From contig CP188086.1 in NCBI GenBank assembly GCA_049942765.1, forward strand, positions 120,001 to 152,000: a DNA stretch of 32,000 nucleotides, written 5' to 3'. The position numbers and the translations under genes are program-made. The notes beneath the pieces were generated by a model. The model saw only the letters and a list, made by a program, of their open reading frames with translations. It did no database searches and had not been told where the DNA came from. Source of the stretch: Candidatus Saccharimonadota bacterium (GTDB taxonomy: Bacteria; Pseudomonadota; Gammaproteobacteria; Enterobacterales; Enterobacteriaceae). Below, in pieces: positions 18,815-28,153 of this stretch (position 1 is its first letter; each line of letters begins with the position of its first letter).

Positions 18815-21800
18815 TTATATTATGTTGTTTAATGTGTGAATTAATTTTTTTGAATTATATTTATAAAACACTCCATTATTTTTATCTAGTTCATCAGCTG
18901 CTCGAATAAAAAAATAAAAAACACCTCCAAAATGTTTTGAATAAGTATAATTATTAATTTTATTTTTTAAATATCGATGTAAAGCAATAGAGTATATTTG
19001 GTATTGTATATCATATCTATAATCCATAATTATTTTATTTATGTTTTCTATTGTATAATTTTGATTGTTTATTCCTAACCAATTAGATTTATAGTCTAAA
19101 ATATAGTATTTTTGATTCCACTCAAATATTAAGTCAATGAATCCAGTAATGAAACCTTTTTTGTTTTTAAAATTTAATTGAGGTAATAGTTTCGATATAT
19201 TATCTAATTTAATTGATATATTACTAAATACACGTGATTTTAGTATATTTTTAATGGGTAAAATAAATTCTAATTCTTTAATATATTGTTTTGGTTTTAG
19301 TTGAGATAAAGAAAATTTATCTTTGTTTAATGGAGTATTTAGTATTTTAAATACCCAATTTGATAACATTGGTAAATATTTTTTATTAATATGATATAGT
19401 TTGAGTATATTTAATAGCATGTCTTCTTGGATATTTTTTTCGAAGTTTGTTTTTTTTAAAATTTCATGTAACAGTATTCCTGATGTAGATCCTTTAATAA
19501 AATTATGAGGATTATATTGTACATTATTGAATGTGTTTTTTATTTTTTTATAAAATAGGATCGGTATATTTTTATCATTAATTTTTGTATTTATTATTTC
19601 ACTCTGTATTCGTGTGAAACTAGTAGTACTATATGGTATACCTAAATTTAATTTTTTTTCTATGTTTACATAATAATTATTTTGAGAATAAGTTTTTTCT
19701 GTGTAGATTATAAATCTATTTTTAATAGATGTTTCTTTATTTGTTGTTTGATTCCAATCAGATAATGTCTTAATGAATTCTTCTTTATTTGATTTTTTTT
19801 TTGATCCTAATAGGTAAGCTATAGTATTATTATAAACGTTATTTAAATTATTTTTTTGGTTTGTTTGAATATTTGATGTTTGTATACCAATTGAGCAATG
19901 TATAGTAGATCTTGTTATTGCTACATATAATAATCTGATTTCTTCTGATAATCTCTCTTTTATTGATTGTTTAATATTGTAGCTATTATATGTTAAATCT
20001 AATGATAATTTATGATTTTTATTATGAAATATGAGATATTTATATTGTATATAATTCATAACAAATGGTATTACTACAATAGGAAATTCTAATCCTTTAG
20101 ATGAATGAATATTGATTATTTTTATGTAATCTTTATTTGTATTATGTTTAATATATTCTGTTTGTGGAATAATTCGGTTTTTATCATTTATTTTGTTTTT
20201 TATCCATTGCACAAAATTGTATTTGTTATCTTGATGAATTTCTTGTATTTGTAATAAATCTCCTAAATGTCTAAGGTTATTGATAATAGATTGATGTTCA
20301 TTTAGTAATGAATTTATTGTATTATTTTTATAGTTTTCTATTAATTGATTAACAAGTTCATAAATTCCATATTTGCACCAAATAAACATGAGATTTGACA
20401 ATTTTTTTTTGTATTGAGAACGATATATATAACATTTATGAATTTTTTTTATATCCATAGTTGTTTTTGTTATAAAATTAGTGAGAAAAGTATTATTCAA
20501 TGCTTGTTCATTATTTAAATCAATTATTGATATTAATATTAAAAATAATTCATAGGCTTCTTTTGTGTGATAAATAGACTTTTTATTTGAAATATATATA
20601 GCTTTTATATTTTTTTTATTTAATACATCTTGAATAAGTTCTCCTTCATATTTATTGCGTACTAATACGACAATATCAGAATTGTTAGTTGGTCTTATTG
20701 TATGATCTAATTTGATAATTGATGTTTTTTTTTTAGAGAATTGGATCCATTTCTGCATGTAATTAGCACATTGAGTAGCTACCCAATTATTGTTATTTAT
20801 ATTTTTAATGGGTTCTATGATAAAATTTAATGATGATTGTAATTTTCCATTAATAAACCATTGCATCTTTTTTTTATGAGAGATAGTAGGTTGAAAAGTT
20901 ATTTGAGAAAAGATAAACGGTTTATTAGTTTTAGAAAAAAGTCTATTTATACTATCGTTCATATGTTTGGATGCACGAAAATTTTTATTTAAATGATAAT
21001 GAAACATTATTTCGGATTTAGCTTTAAAATATGTAAAAATATCGGCTCCACGAAAATTGTATATTGCTTGTTTAGGATCTCCAACTAAAATTAATGAACA
21101 TTTTTTATTATTATTATATATTTTTTTAAATATTTCATATTGTTGTAAATCAGTGTCTTGGAATTCGTCAATAAAAGCGATTGGGTATTTGATTTGTATT
21201 TCTTTAATGATTTTTTTATTTTTTAGTGTATTATTTAACCATGTTGTTAAATCGTTAAATTCGTGACAATGAAATATGGATTTTTCTTTTTGTATAATTT
21301 TTGGTATTACATGTAATGCTTTTAATATAATAATTTCTTTAATACAAAATTTTTTTTTTAAAAAATGTTTAATTATTTTAAATATATGAGGTATATTAAA
21401 AATATTTTTTGTGAGATATTTTTCAATAAAATTGAAATAATGAAGTTCTTTAGGATACAAATAATCTATTGTTTCTTTTTGTGCCCATGCATTAATATTA
21501 TTTATCCAACGTGTAATATTTTTATGATGATAAATACGTCGATTTATTTTTATTGTATTGAGATATAAATTAATTTTATGGAAATTTTTTAGCCATCTTC
21601 GTTTAAAATTAGAAATTTTTAAAATTAAATTGTAGTGGTATTTTTTTATATTGTGATTTTTAGGTATATTAGTGTGTACTATTTCTAATGGTATTTTTAA
21701 TAATGAAAAAATGTCTTTAAATAATTTTTCTGAAGTAGACCAATGTTGAAAAATAAGTTTAGATATATGATAGGGTAAGATATTGCATATTTGATTCCAA

Positions 21801-22300
21801 AAAATAGTTGTTGCTTTTAAGTATAAAAAATTTTCATCTTCTATAGATATTGGTTGTGTATTTAAATTAGAATTAATACAGTGATTAGATAATATCATTT
21901 TACAAAATCCATGAATTGTATAAATAGATAATGTATCTATGTTATTTTCTGCTGTTTCTAATAGTTTAATAGCATGTTTAATTGTTTTTATTTCATGAAG
22001 AAATGGTTTTAAAATATCTATTGTTGTAGTTTTTTTTTTAAAAGCTATTTTTAAATGTGAAATATATTCTTTTATTCTATTTTTTATTTCCTCCTTAGCT
22101 ACATTAGTAAAGGTTACTATTAATATATTTTGTATTGAAATCTGTTTTTTGATGTTTTCATTTTTAGTTAATTGTAGTATTGCTCGTAAATATAAGATTA
22201 CTATCGTAAGTGTTTTTCCTGTACCTGCAGATGCTTCAATTAATGCAGTTTCATTGAAATTAAAATTAAAAATATTTAATGGTAACGATTTTTTATTCAT
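18815..22300 (-). CDS. recB: Exodeoxyribonuclease V beta subunit (RecB helicase-nuclease)
   Basis: This is a 1161 aa ORF with UvrD-like helicase motifs (ASAGTGKT, VDEFQDTD-like IDEFQDTD, LxxNFRA) and the C-terminal nuclease motif GFIDLIFEWNQKYYILDYKSN (E. coli: GFIDLVFRHEGRYYLLDYKSN). E. coli RecB is about 1180 aa. Confidence 0.95.
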   Translation of the reverse strand: MNKKSLPLNIFNFNFNETALIEASAGTGKTLTIVILYLRAILQLTKNENIKKQISIQNILIVTFTNVAKEEIKNRIKEYISHLKIAFKKKTTTIDILKPFLHEIKTIKHAIKLLETAENNIDTLSIYTIHGFCKMILSNHCINSNLNTQPISIEDENFLYLKATTIFWNQICNILPYHISKLIFQHWSTSEKLFKDIFSLLKIPLEIVHTNIPKNHNIKKYHYNLILKISNFKRRWLKNFHKINLYLNTIKINRRIYHHKNITRWINNINAWAQKETIDYLYPKELHYFNFIEKYLTKNIFNIPHIFKIIKHFLKKKFCIKEIIILKALHVIPKIIQKEKSIFHCHEFNDLTTWLNNTLKNKKIIKEIQIKYPIAFIDEFQDTDLQQYEIFKKIYNNNKKCSLILVGDPKQAIYNFRGADIFTYFKAKSEIMFHYHLNKNFRASKHMNDSINRLFSKTNKPFIFSQITFQPTISHKKKMQWFINGKLQSSLNFIIEPIKNINNNNWVATQCANYMQKWIQFSKKKTSIIKLDHTIRPTNNSDIVVLVRNKYEGELIQDVLNKKNIKAIYISNKKSIYHTKEAYELFLILISIIDLNNEQALNNTFLTNFITKTTMDIKKIHKCYIYRSQYKKKLSNLMFIWCKYGIYELVNQLIENYKNNTINSLLNEHQSIINNLRHLGDLLQIQEIHQDNKYNFVQWIKNKINDKNRIIPQTEYIKHNTNKDYIKIINIHSSKGLEFPIVVIPFVMNYIQYKYLIFHNKNHKLSLDLTYNSYNIKQSIKERLSEEIRLLYVAITRSTIHCSIGIQTSNIQTNQKNNLNNVYNNTIAYLLGSKKKSNKEEFIKTLSDWNQTTNKETSIKNRFIIYTEKTYSQNNYYVNIEKKLNLGIPYSTTSFTRIQSEIINTKINDKNIPILFYKKIKNTFNNVQYNPHNFIKGSTSGILLHEILKKTNFEKNIQEDMLLNILKLYHINKKYLPMLSNWVFKILNTPLNKDKFSLSQLKPKQYIKELEFILPIKNILKSRVFSNISIKLDNISKLLPQLNFKNKKGFITGFIDLIFEWNQKYYILDYKSNWLGINNQNYTIENINKIIMDYRYDIQYQIYSIALHRYLKNKINNYTYSKHFGGVFYFFIRAADELDKNNGVFYKYNSKKLIHTLNNII

Positions 22301-22359
22301 TTTTTAATCTATCATAAATATGAATGTTGTAAGTTTTTAATTTATGTAATGAGAAATAT

Positions 22360-23256
22360 TTATTTTTTTTTATACGATTTGCTATAATTTAGTATTGGAG
22401 TTAACCATATTTTTGCTATTTTACATAAATTGTTAAACGTTTTGTTATTTATTTTCGGTATAATTTTTTTTATAAAAATATTATTTTTTTCACCTGATAT
22501 TAAGATGTTTCCATTCCATATATTATAAAAATATTTTTGTTTAATATCATTGTTGTTATGTCGTATTACATTATTATGTTTTTGAGTATATGTATAGTTA
22601 ATCCATGTAATTCCTGATTGTGTTAACATCAATGGATGACGTATTCCTTGTTCATATCCTATAATATACATATTTAAATAATAAATAGCTCGTTCTTTTG
22701 ACATGTTTGATAAAGTAAAACGACTGTTTCGAGTTCCGAATAAATAACTATGACCTGATTTTTCAAAATAACAATAAATTAAATGTTCAATCCATAATGA
22801 TATTTTATCTTGAAAATTTATTTTATGTGGTTTCCATCGGATTAAACCTAACGGATGTATTTCATTTAATTGGAAGTTATATAATTGATATTCATTAATA
22901 TTAATGGATATTTTTTGTTGTTTAGGTATTTTTCTCATTGTTTGTATACGTTCTGATAAATTATATATTTCATCATTAATTTTATCCCAGATGTACATAC
23001 CAAAGTTACCATGTGGTAGAATACCTAATTGAGTGAATTGTTTATATAAAACACATGTATTTTGTAGATATATAAGAGCGTTTAACAATTGATATTTCAT
23101 GAAATAAATTTTATTTTTTTCAATATGAAAATAATTATAGTTATTTTTTTTTATTAAATAAGGTATTTTAATTTTTAATATTTTCTTAAAAAAAAACAAA
23201 ATAGGATTTTTCCAAAATTCAATTAATTGTTTTATATCTATTTGTTTTTTATTCAT
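22360..23256 (-). CDS. recC: RecC C-terminal fragment (exodeoxyribonuclease V gamma subunit, C-terminal domain): an intact 298-codon ORF with its own ATG
   Basis: LIEFWKNPILFFFKKIL, GILPHGNFG, GLIRWKPHKI, LWIEHLIYC and YLNMYIIGYEQGIRHPL align with the E. coli RecC C-terminal region (LQRFWAHPVRAFFQMRL, GDLPYGAFG, GLLRWRPSLL, LWLEHLVYC, YLSQLIEGYREGMSAPL). It is separated from the N-terminal ORF by a stop, an 85-nt stop-filled spacer and a +1 frame offset. An automated pipeline would probably call the whole locus, 22360-25522, a pseudogene. Confidence 0.85.
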   Translation of the reverse strand: MNKKQIDIKQLIEFWKNPILFFFKKILKIKIPYLIKKNNYNYFHIEKNKIYFMKYQLLNALIYLQNTCVLYKQFTQLGILPHGNFGMYIWDKINDEIYNLSERIQTMRKIPKQQKISININEYQLYNFQLNEIHPLGLIRWKPHKINFQDKISLWIEHLIYCYFEKSGHSYLFGTRNSRFTLSNMSKERAIYYLNMYIIGYEQGIRHPLMLTQSGITWINYTYTQKHNNVIRHNNNDIKQKYFYNIWNGNILISGEKNNIFIKKIIPKINNKTFNNLCKIAKIWLTPILNYSKSYKKK

Positions 23257-23341
23257 AGTTTTTTATTTTAAAATGTGTTGATTAAATTATTAGTTAATAC
23301 TAAATCATATTTTTAGTTAAATTTTAATATTTTTGTTAGTA

Positions 23342-25522
23342 TTATTTATTGTGAATATGATATAAATGATTCAAGATATTTTCTTGATATTTATTTTTTG
23401 TTTTATTTATTTTTTTTTTCTTATAATTTTTTGATATTTTGAATTGTTGAATAATAAAGTTAATTAATTGATTAATTAATATAGATTGATTGCAATATGG
23501 GTTTTTATAGTCTGAAATATAACTTAGGTAGAAGTATTCCTGTGCATTTAATAAACAATTCATAAATATATGAATATCATATTGTCTATCACTTACATCA
23601 TTAATATTAGGGTATTTTTGAATTAAATTAAATGTTGGAGTGTGTTTTGTTTTAGGAAACGAATGATCATTCATACCAATTAAATATATTATTTTAAATG
23701 GAATATTTTCTATTAAATTAATATTGCAAAAATTAATTGCATCAGAAAAAAAATTGAAGTAATGATTATTATTAATATATTTTAAAAATATTGTATAAAT
23801 GGTTTTAGAATTTATTTTTTTTTGAAATAAATTTTCTGTTCCTTCTTTAATCATATAATTCCACTTTTTATTTAAAAAAAATAAATAATTTTTTTGTATA
23901 TAATGTGTAGGAAAAAAGTCATGAACAATCTCTTGAAATAATGGTTCCCATAATGTTAGAGTTCGTGACTGTGATAATATTTTTTTCCATTTTTTTAATA
24001 AAGTAATAAAATTTTTTATTTTAATAATAGAGTTTAAATATTCATTGTTATATTGATAATATGGAACGATATTATTCCATATTATATCACTATCATTTAT
24101 AGCATGTCCTAATAATGTTCTTTTAATACCGAACATCCATGTATTGTTATCTACATTGATATTAATTAATTTTTTTAAATGATATTGATCTACTCCTAAT
24201 TTAATACCTACTTCATCAATCCATATTTTTAAATATTCTAATTCAGTAATGCTAAATTTGAATTGTTCTGATATTATTTGTGATGAAATTAAGGAGATAA
24301 TTTTTTCTGGTCGGAAATCGTTGTTAGATAAATGAAATATTTCATTTAAAATGGTTAAAATTTCTGGATTAGAATTATTAATTGAAGAACATATATTAAA
24401 TGGGATAAACTTTTTTTTAGTTTTTGAATTAAAAATAGAATAGATATAAGGTATGTAGTCATCAATATTATTAGATAATACAATTATGTCCTTAGGATGT
24501 ATTAGTTTATTATTTGTAAATATGTTATGTAAATTTTTATGTAGTATTTCAATTTCCTGTTTCATAGAATTACATACATGAATATTAATAGAATTATCTA
24601 TAGAAGAAAATGTATGATATGAATTCATATAATATTGATTTTGTATTTTTTGCAATAAATTATTACAATTTTGATTGTGAAATATATTAATTCTTTTTTT
24701 TGCAATATAATTTATATTTTTTAATTGATGTTGTATATAAGTTTTGTATTTTGATAAAAAATTCTCTTTGTTTTTTTTAACGTTGTTAATAGATGTTATT
24801 TTATTATTATAAAATGATTGTAAAAAAATATATATCTTAACATGTTTACCAATTGCATGTAATATTGATATATATTCTTGGGGGAATTTTAAAGTATAAA
24901 AAATAAAAAAACGATTAGGTAATAAATTTTTTGTATTATATGGTTTTTTTGTTAGTAATGTAATAATTTTTTTTTTAATATTTACAAAATGATTAATGTT
25001 TTGTTTGGTATTTTGTTTATGTATTAATAAATTTTTCCATATGTTTTGTTGATGTTTGTATGTACTGCAGGAATGAAATATTTGATCGTTAGAATCATAC
25101 CATGAATTAATCCATTTTGATCGATGAATTAAATATTGATGAAATAATTGGGATATTTTATGTGCAAAATTAATTTTTTGTATATCTTTATTAAACAAAT
25201 GATATTGTAGATAATTATGTAGCGTTGGCATAGATAATAGTTGCCAAAAGATATGAGAACTGGTAAATATAAATTTATTAGTTTCTTTAGGTAATATTTT
25301 TTGAAAAATATTTAATATAAAATTTTCGTAATTATTAAATTTTATGTTGGCATAAATACCCATTATTTTTGCAATATTATTTTTCATCCATTTCTCTGTT
25401 GATTTATTTGGTACAATGAATAATTCTTGTTGTAATGGATTAGTCAATGGATTACATTTTATAATATGACAAACTTGATGTAGTATTTTTTTTAAATTAT
25501 TGGATGTATATATTGTAATCAT
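23342..25522 (-). CDS. recC: RecC N-terminal fragment (exodeoxyribonuclease V gamma subunit, helicase-like domains): an intact 726-codon ORF
   Basis: MITIYTSNNLKKIL...ELFIVPNKSTEKWM is colinear with E. coli RecC MLRVYHSNRLDVL...EMILVQSTGMAQWL. The ORF ends ...LNHLYHIHNK* at the TAA at 23342-23344, roughly where E. coli reads AHLTCLHT. E. coli RecC is a single ~1122 aa chain. Confidence 0.9.
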   Translation of the reverse strand: MITIYTSNNLKKILHQVCHIIKCNPLTNPLQQELFIVPNKSTEKWMKNNIAKIMGIYANIKFNNYENFILNIFQKILPKETNKFIFTSSHIFWQLLSMPTLHNYLQYHLFNKDIQKINFAHKISQLFHQYLIHRSKWINSWYDSNDQIFHSCSTYKHQQNIWKNLLIHKQNTKQNINHFVNIKKKIITLLTKKPYNTKNLLPNRFFIFYTLKFPQEYISILHAIGKHVKIYIFLQSFYNNKITSINNVKKNKENFLSKYKTYIQHQLKNINYIAKKRINIFHNQNCNNLLQKIQNQYYMNSYHTFSSIDNSINIHVCNSMKQEIEILHKNLHNIFTNNKLIHPKDIIVLSNNIDDYIPYIYSIFNSKTKKKFIPFNICSSINNSNPEILTILNEIFHLSNNDFRPEKIISLISSQIISEQFKFSITELEYLKIWIDEVGIKLGVDQYHLKKLININVDNNTWMFGIKRTLLGHAINDSDIIWNNIVPYYQYNNEYLNSIIKIKNFITLLKKWKKILSQSRTLTLWEPLFQEIVHDFFPTHYIQKNYLFFLNKKWNYMIKEGTENLFQKKINSKTIYTIFLKYINNNHYFNFFSDAINFCNINLIENIPFKIIYLIGMNDHSFPKTKHTPTFNLIQKYPNINDVSDRQYDIHIFMNCLLNAQEYFYLSYISDYKNPYCNQSILINQLINFIIQQFKISKNYKKKKINKTKNKYQENILNHLYHIHNK

Positions 25523-25599
25523 GATATTTAATCTTTTAATTAATCAAATGATATAAATAATAATTATACGTTATAATATAGATGCGATTTTTTAATAGA

Positions 25600-25677
25600 A
25601 TTAATATGACTAATATATTATGTAATAATAATTACATATAAACATATAAATTTTTTATTGTTATATTAGTCATATTA
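25600..25677. repeat. 17-bp perfect inverted repeat with a nested 8-bp hairpin, between the mscS stop and the recC start
   Basis: ttaatatgactaatata (25600-25616) is the exact reverse complement of tatattagtcatattaa (25661-25677). The 44-nt spacer contains a second hairpin, tatgtaat-aata-attacata, at 25618-25637. The repeat is a direct observation; its function is unknown. Confidence 0.6.
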
Positions 25678-25703
25678 ACAGCATGCAGTATTATTGGATA
25701 TTA

Positions 25704-26549
25704 TTATTTTTTTTTATGTAAATATACGTCTAGTTGTGGATATGGAATATTAATTTTATTAGCATCTAGAGCTTTTTTAAATTTTGACATTAATTCCCAA
25801 TATACTATATTAAGTTCATTAGTATTACTCCAACATCTTACGATAAAATTTAAAGAAGAAGGTGCTAATTCGCTTAATCCAATAACAACTCCAAGTTCTT
25901 TTATAACTCTTTTTTCTTGTTCAATTACTTGTCTTAATACCTTTACTACCATATCAATATCTGAATCATAGCTAACACTAATAGTAAACTCATTTCTTCT
26001 AACTGGTTCTCTAGAATAATTAATTATATTACCTGAAATAATTTTTCCATTAGGTACTACAACTAGTTTTCCATCTAAAGTTCTCAGAGTAGTATAAAAA
26101 ATATGTACGTTTAATACAGTTCCAGATACAGTTCCTAAATCTACATATTCACCTGTTCTAAAAGGTCTTAGAGCTACTAGTAGTACACCTGCAGCAAAAT
26201 TAGATAATGAACCTTGTAATGCTAATCCAATAGCCATACTAGCAGCGCCTAAAATTGCAATTACAGAAGTGGTTTGTACTCCAATTCGACCTAATGCAGC
26301 AATTAATGTAAATGCAATTATAATATATCTAACTAAAGTTGATAAAAAACCTGATATTGTTGCATCGATTTGTCGAGTGATTAAAACTTGGTTGACTCCA
26401 TTGGAAATTATACGTGATATAAATTGTCCAATAATTAAAATAATAATTGCAAAAGTTAAATTAATTAAATAACTTAATAATAGTTCTTGATTTCTAATAA
26501 TCCAATTCCCAGCATGATTTATATCATTAACTACATTTAACTCTTCCAT
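25704..26549 (-). CDS. mscS: Small-conductance mechanosensitive channel MscS (YggB)
   Basis: [27 protein letters not shown]...[24 protein letters not shown] matches E. coli MscS [27 protein letters not shown]...[27 protein letters not shown]. I chose the ATG at 26547-26549, which has an AGGAAA Shine-Dalgarno about 5 nt upstream, over the ORF-track start at 26576. Confidence 0.93.
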   Translation of the reverse strand: MEELNVVNDINHAGNWIIRNQELLLSYLINLTFAIIILIIGQFISRIISNGVNQVLITRQIDATISGFLSTLVRYIIIAFTLIAALGRIGVQTTSVIAILGAASMAIGLALQGSLSNFAAGVLLVALRPFRTGEYVDLGTVSGTVLNVHIFYTTLRTLDGKLVVVPNGKIISGNIINYSREPVRRNEFTISVSYDSDIDMVVKVLRQVIEQEKRVIKELGVVIGLSELAPSSLNFIVRCWSNTNELNIVYWELMSKFKKALDANKINIPYPQLDVYLHKKK

Positions 26550-26780
26550 CTTGTTTCCTGATAGTAAATGGTACAATATATTTTAGAATATTTATATTTT
26601 AATAATTGTAAAATTTCTTTAACATGTACCATAAGTTATAAATAAATAATGTTATTTTTTATTTTTTAATTTATTATATATATTTTATAATAAAGTTATT
26701 AATTTCTGTGTTTTTATACTATATAATTTATTTTTTAGTATGATTGAAAGATAATTCATATTATTTTTAATGTAATATGT

Positions 26781-26815
26781 AAAAAACATTACAAATAATT
26801 TTTGTTATTTGTAAT
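26781..26815 (-). terminator. Rho-independent terminator candidate downstream of fbaA
   Basis: A perfect 11-bp stem, attacaaataa (26788-26798) paired with ttatttgtaat (26805-26815), encloses a 6-nt loop. On the minus strand the stem is followed by G and then T6 (plus-strand a-run at 26781-26786). It lies about 150 nt downstream of the fbaA stop and upstream of mscS. Confidence 0.45.
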
Positions 26816-26961
26816 CGTTTACATCGATATAGTAAATTTTTTTATAGGATGCAGTTGTTAACTATGTATTAATTTGATTTTTTTTTGTTCATATGGATAT
26901 ATATTCATTGTCTAATATATTTTTTGTTCTATAAATAGAATATTTATTTAGTATAAAAATA

Positions 26962-28077
26962 TTAATTAATTTTTATTGATTGATTAGTGTTATTGTATGA
27001 TCTGTGATCAGAATTAAGTATTTTAAAAGCATGTTGTAATCTTATTGACATAGAATTTTGAGATTCTCTAATCCATATTCGAGGATCATAGTATTTTTTA
27101 TTAGGAATATCTAAACCTTCAGGGTTACCTAGTTGGCTTTGTAAGTATTTTTTGTTTTTTTTATAAAAATTTAAAACTCCATCCCAAGTAGCCCATTGCA
27201 TATCTGTGTCAAGATTCATTTTTACTATACCATATTGAATGGATTTTTTAATTTCACTGATTGATGAACCTGAACCACCATGAAATACAAAATTTAAAGG
27301 TTTTTTACATTTTAAACAATGTTTTTTTTGTACAAGTATTTGTGATTTTTTTAATATTGAGGGAGTTAGTTGAACATTACCTGTTTTATAGACACCATGT
27401 ACGTTTCCAAATGATGCGGCAATTGTAAAATATGGACTTATTCTTATTAGTTGTTCATACGCGTAGTTCACTTCTTCAGGTTTTGTATATAATGATTGAA
27501 TGTTTAAAAAACTGTTATCTATACCATCTTCTTCTCCACCGGTACATCCTAGTTCTATTTCTAACATCATATTTATTTTTTTCATTTTTTTTAAATATTG
27601 TTTACAAATACTAATGTTATCTTTTATATTTTCTTTAGATAAATCAATCATATGTGAAGTAAATAGTGGTTTTCCAGTATTGTTAAAAAATTTTTTTCCT
27701 TCATCTAATAATTCATCAATCCATGGTAAAATTTCTTTATGACAGTGATCTGTATGCAAGATAACAGGAACTTTATAGTGTTTGGCTAATAAATGAACAT
27801 GTTTAGCTCCTGATATAGATCCTAAAACTGCTAGTTCTTGTTGGTTTTTATTAGGAATTCCTAATCCTGATATAAATTTTGCACCTCCATAAGAAAATTG
27901 AATAATAACTGCAGATTTCATTAAAGATGCAGTTTCTAATACTGTATTAATAGAATCATTGCCAATACAGTTAATGGCAGGTATAGCAAAGTTGTTTCTT
28001 TTTGCTAATTTAAATATATTATATGCTTCAGTTGCTGATAAAACTCCTGGTTGAAAGTAGTCTATAATTTGTGACAT
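26962..28077 (-). CDS. fbaA: Fructose-bisphosphate aldolase, class II
   Basis: This is a 371 aa ORF. AINCIGNDSINTVLETA, VILHTDHC, LEIELGCTGGEEDG, FGNVHGVYK and FVFHGGSGS match E. coli FbaA almost motif for motif. The C-terminus is about 11 aa longer than in E. coli. Confidence 0.96.
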   Translation of the reverse strand: MSQIIDYFQPGVLSATEAYNIFKLAKRNNFAIPAINCIGNDSINTVLETASLMKSAVIIQFSYGGAKFISGLGIPNKNQQELAVLGSISGAKHVHLLAKHYKVPVILHTDHCHKEILPWIDELLDEGKKFFNNTGKPLFTSHMIDLSKENIKDNISICKQYLKKMKKINMMLEIELGCTGGEEDGIDNSFLNIQSLYTKPEEVNYAYEQLIRISPYFTIAASFGNVHGVYKTGNVQLTPSILKKSQILVQKKHCLKCKKPLNFVFHGGSGSSISEIKKSIQYGIVKMNLDTDMQWATWDGVLNFYKKNKKYLQSQLGNPEGLDIPNKKYYDPRIWIRESQNSMSIRLQHAFKILNSDHRSYNNTNQSIKIN

Positions 28078-28153
28078 GTATTTCCCAATATAGCGTTAAA
28101 TATGATTTTTTAAATATCAGATGACATTTTTTATAATAGATGTTATCAAGTAT

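Noticed and set aside
26550-26576. The ORF track gives mscS a 9-codon N-terminal extension.
   Set aside because: E. coli MscS begins MEDLNVV, which aligns with the internal MEELNVV. That ATG has an AGGAAA Shine-Dalgarno, which the upstream ATG lacks.
26962-26997. FbaA has a C-terminal tail about 11 residues longer than E. coli FbaA (…SDHRSYNNTNQSIKIN).
   Set aside because: This is likely simple stop-codon drift in an AT-rich genome. No motif or structural implication is evident.
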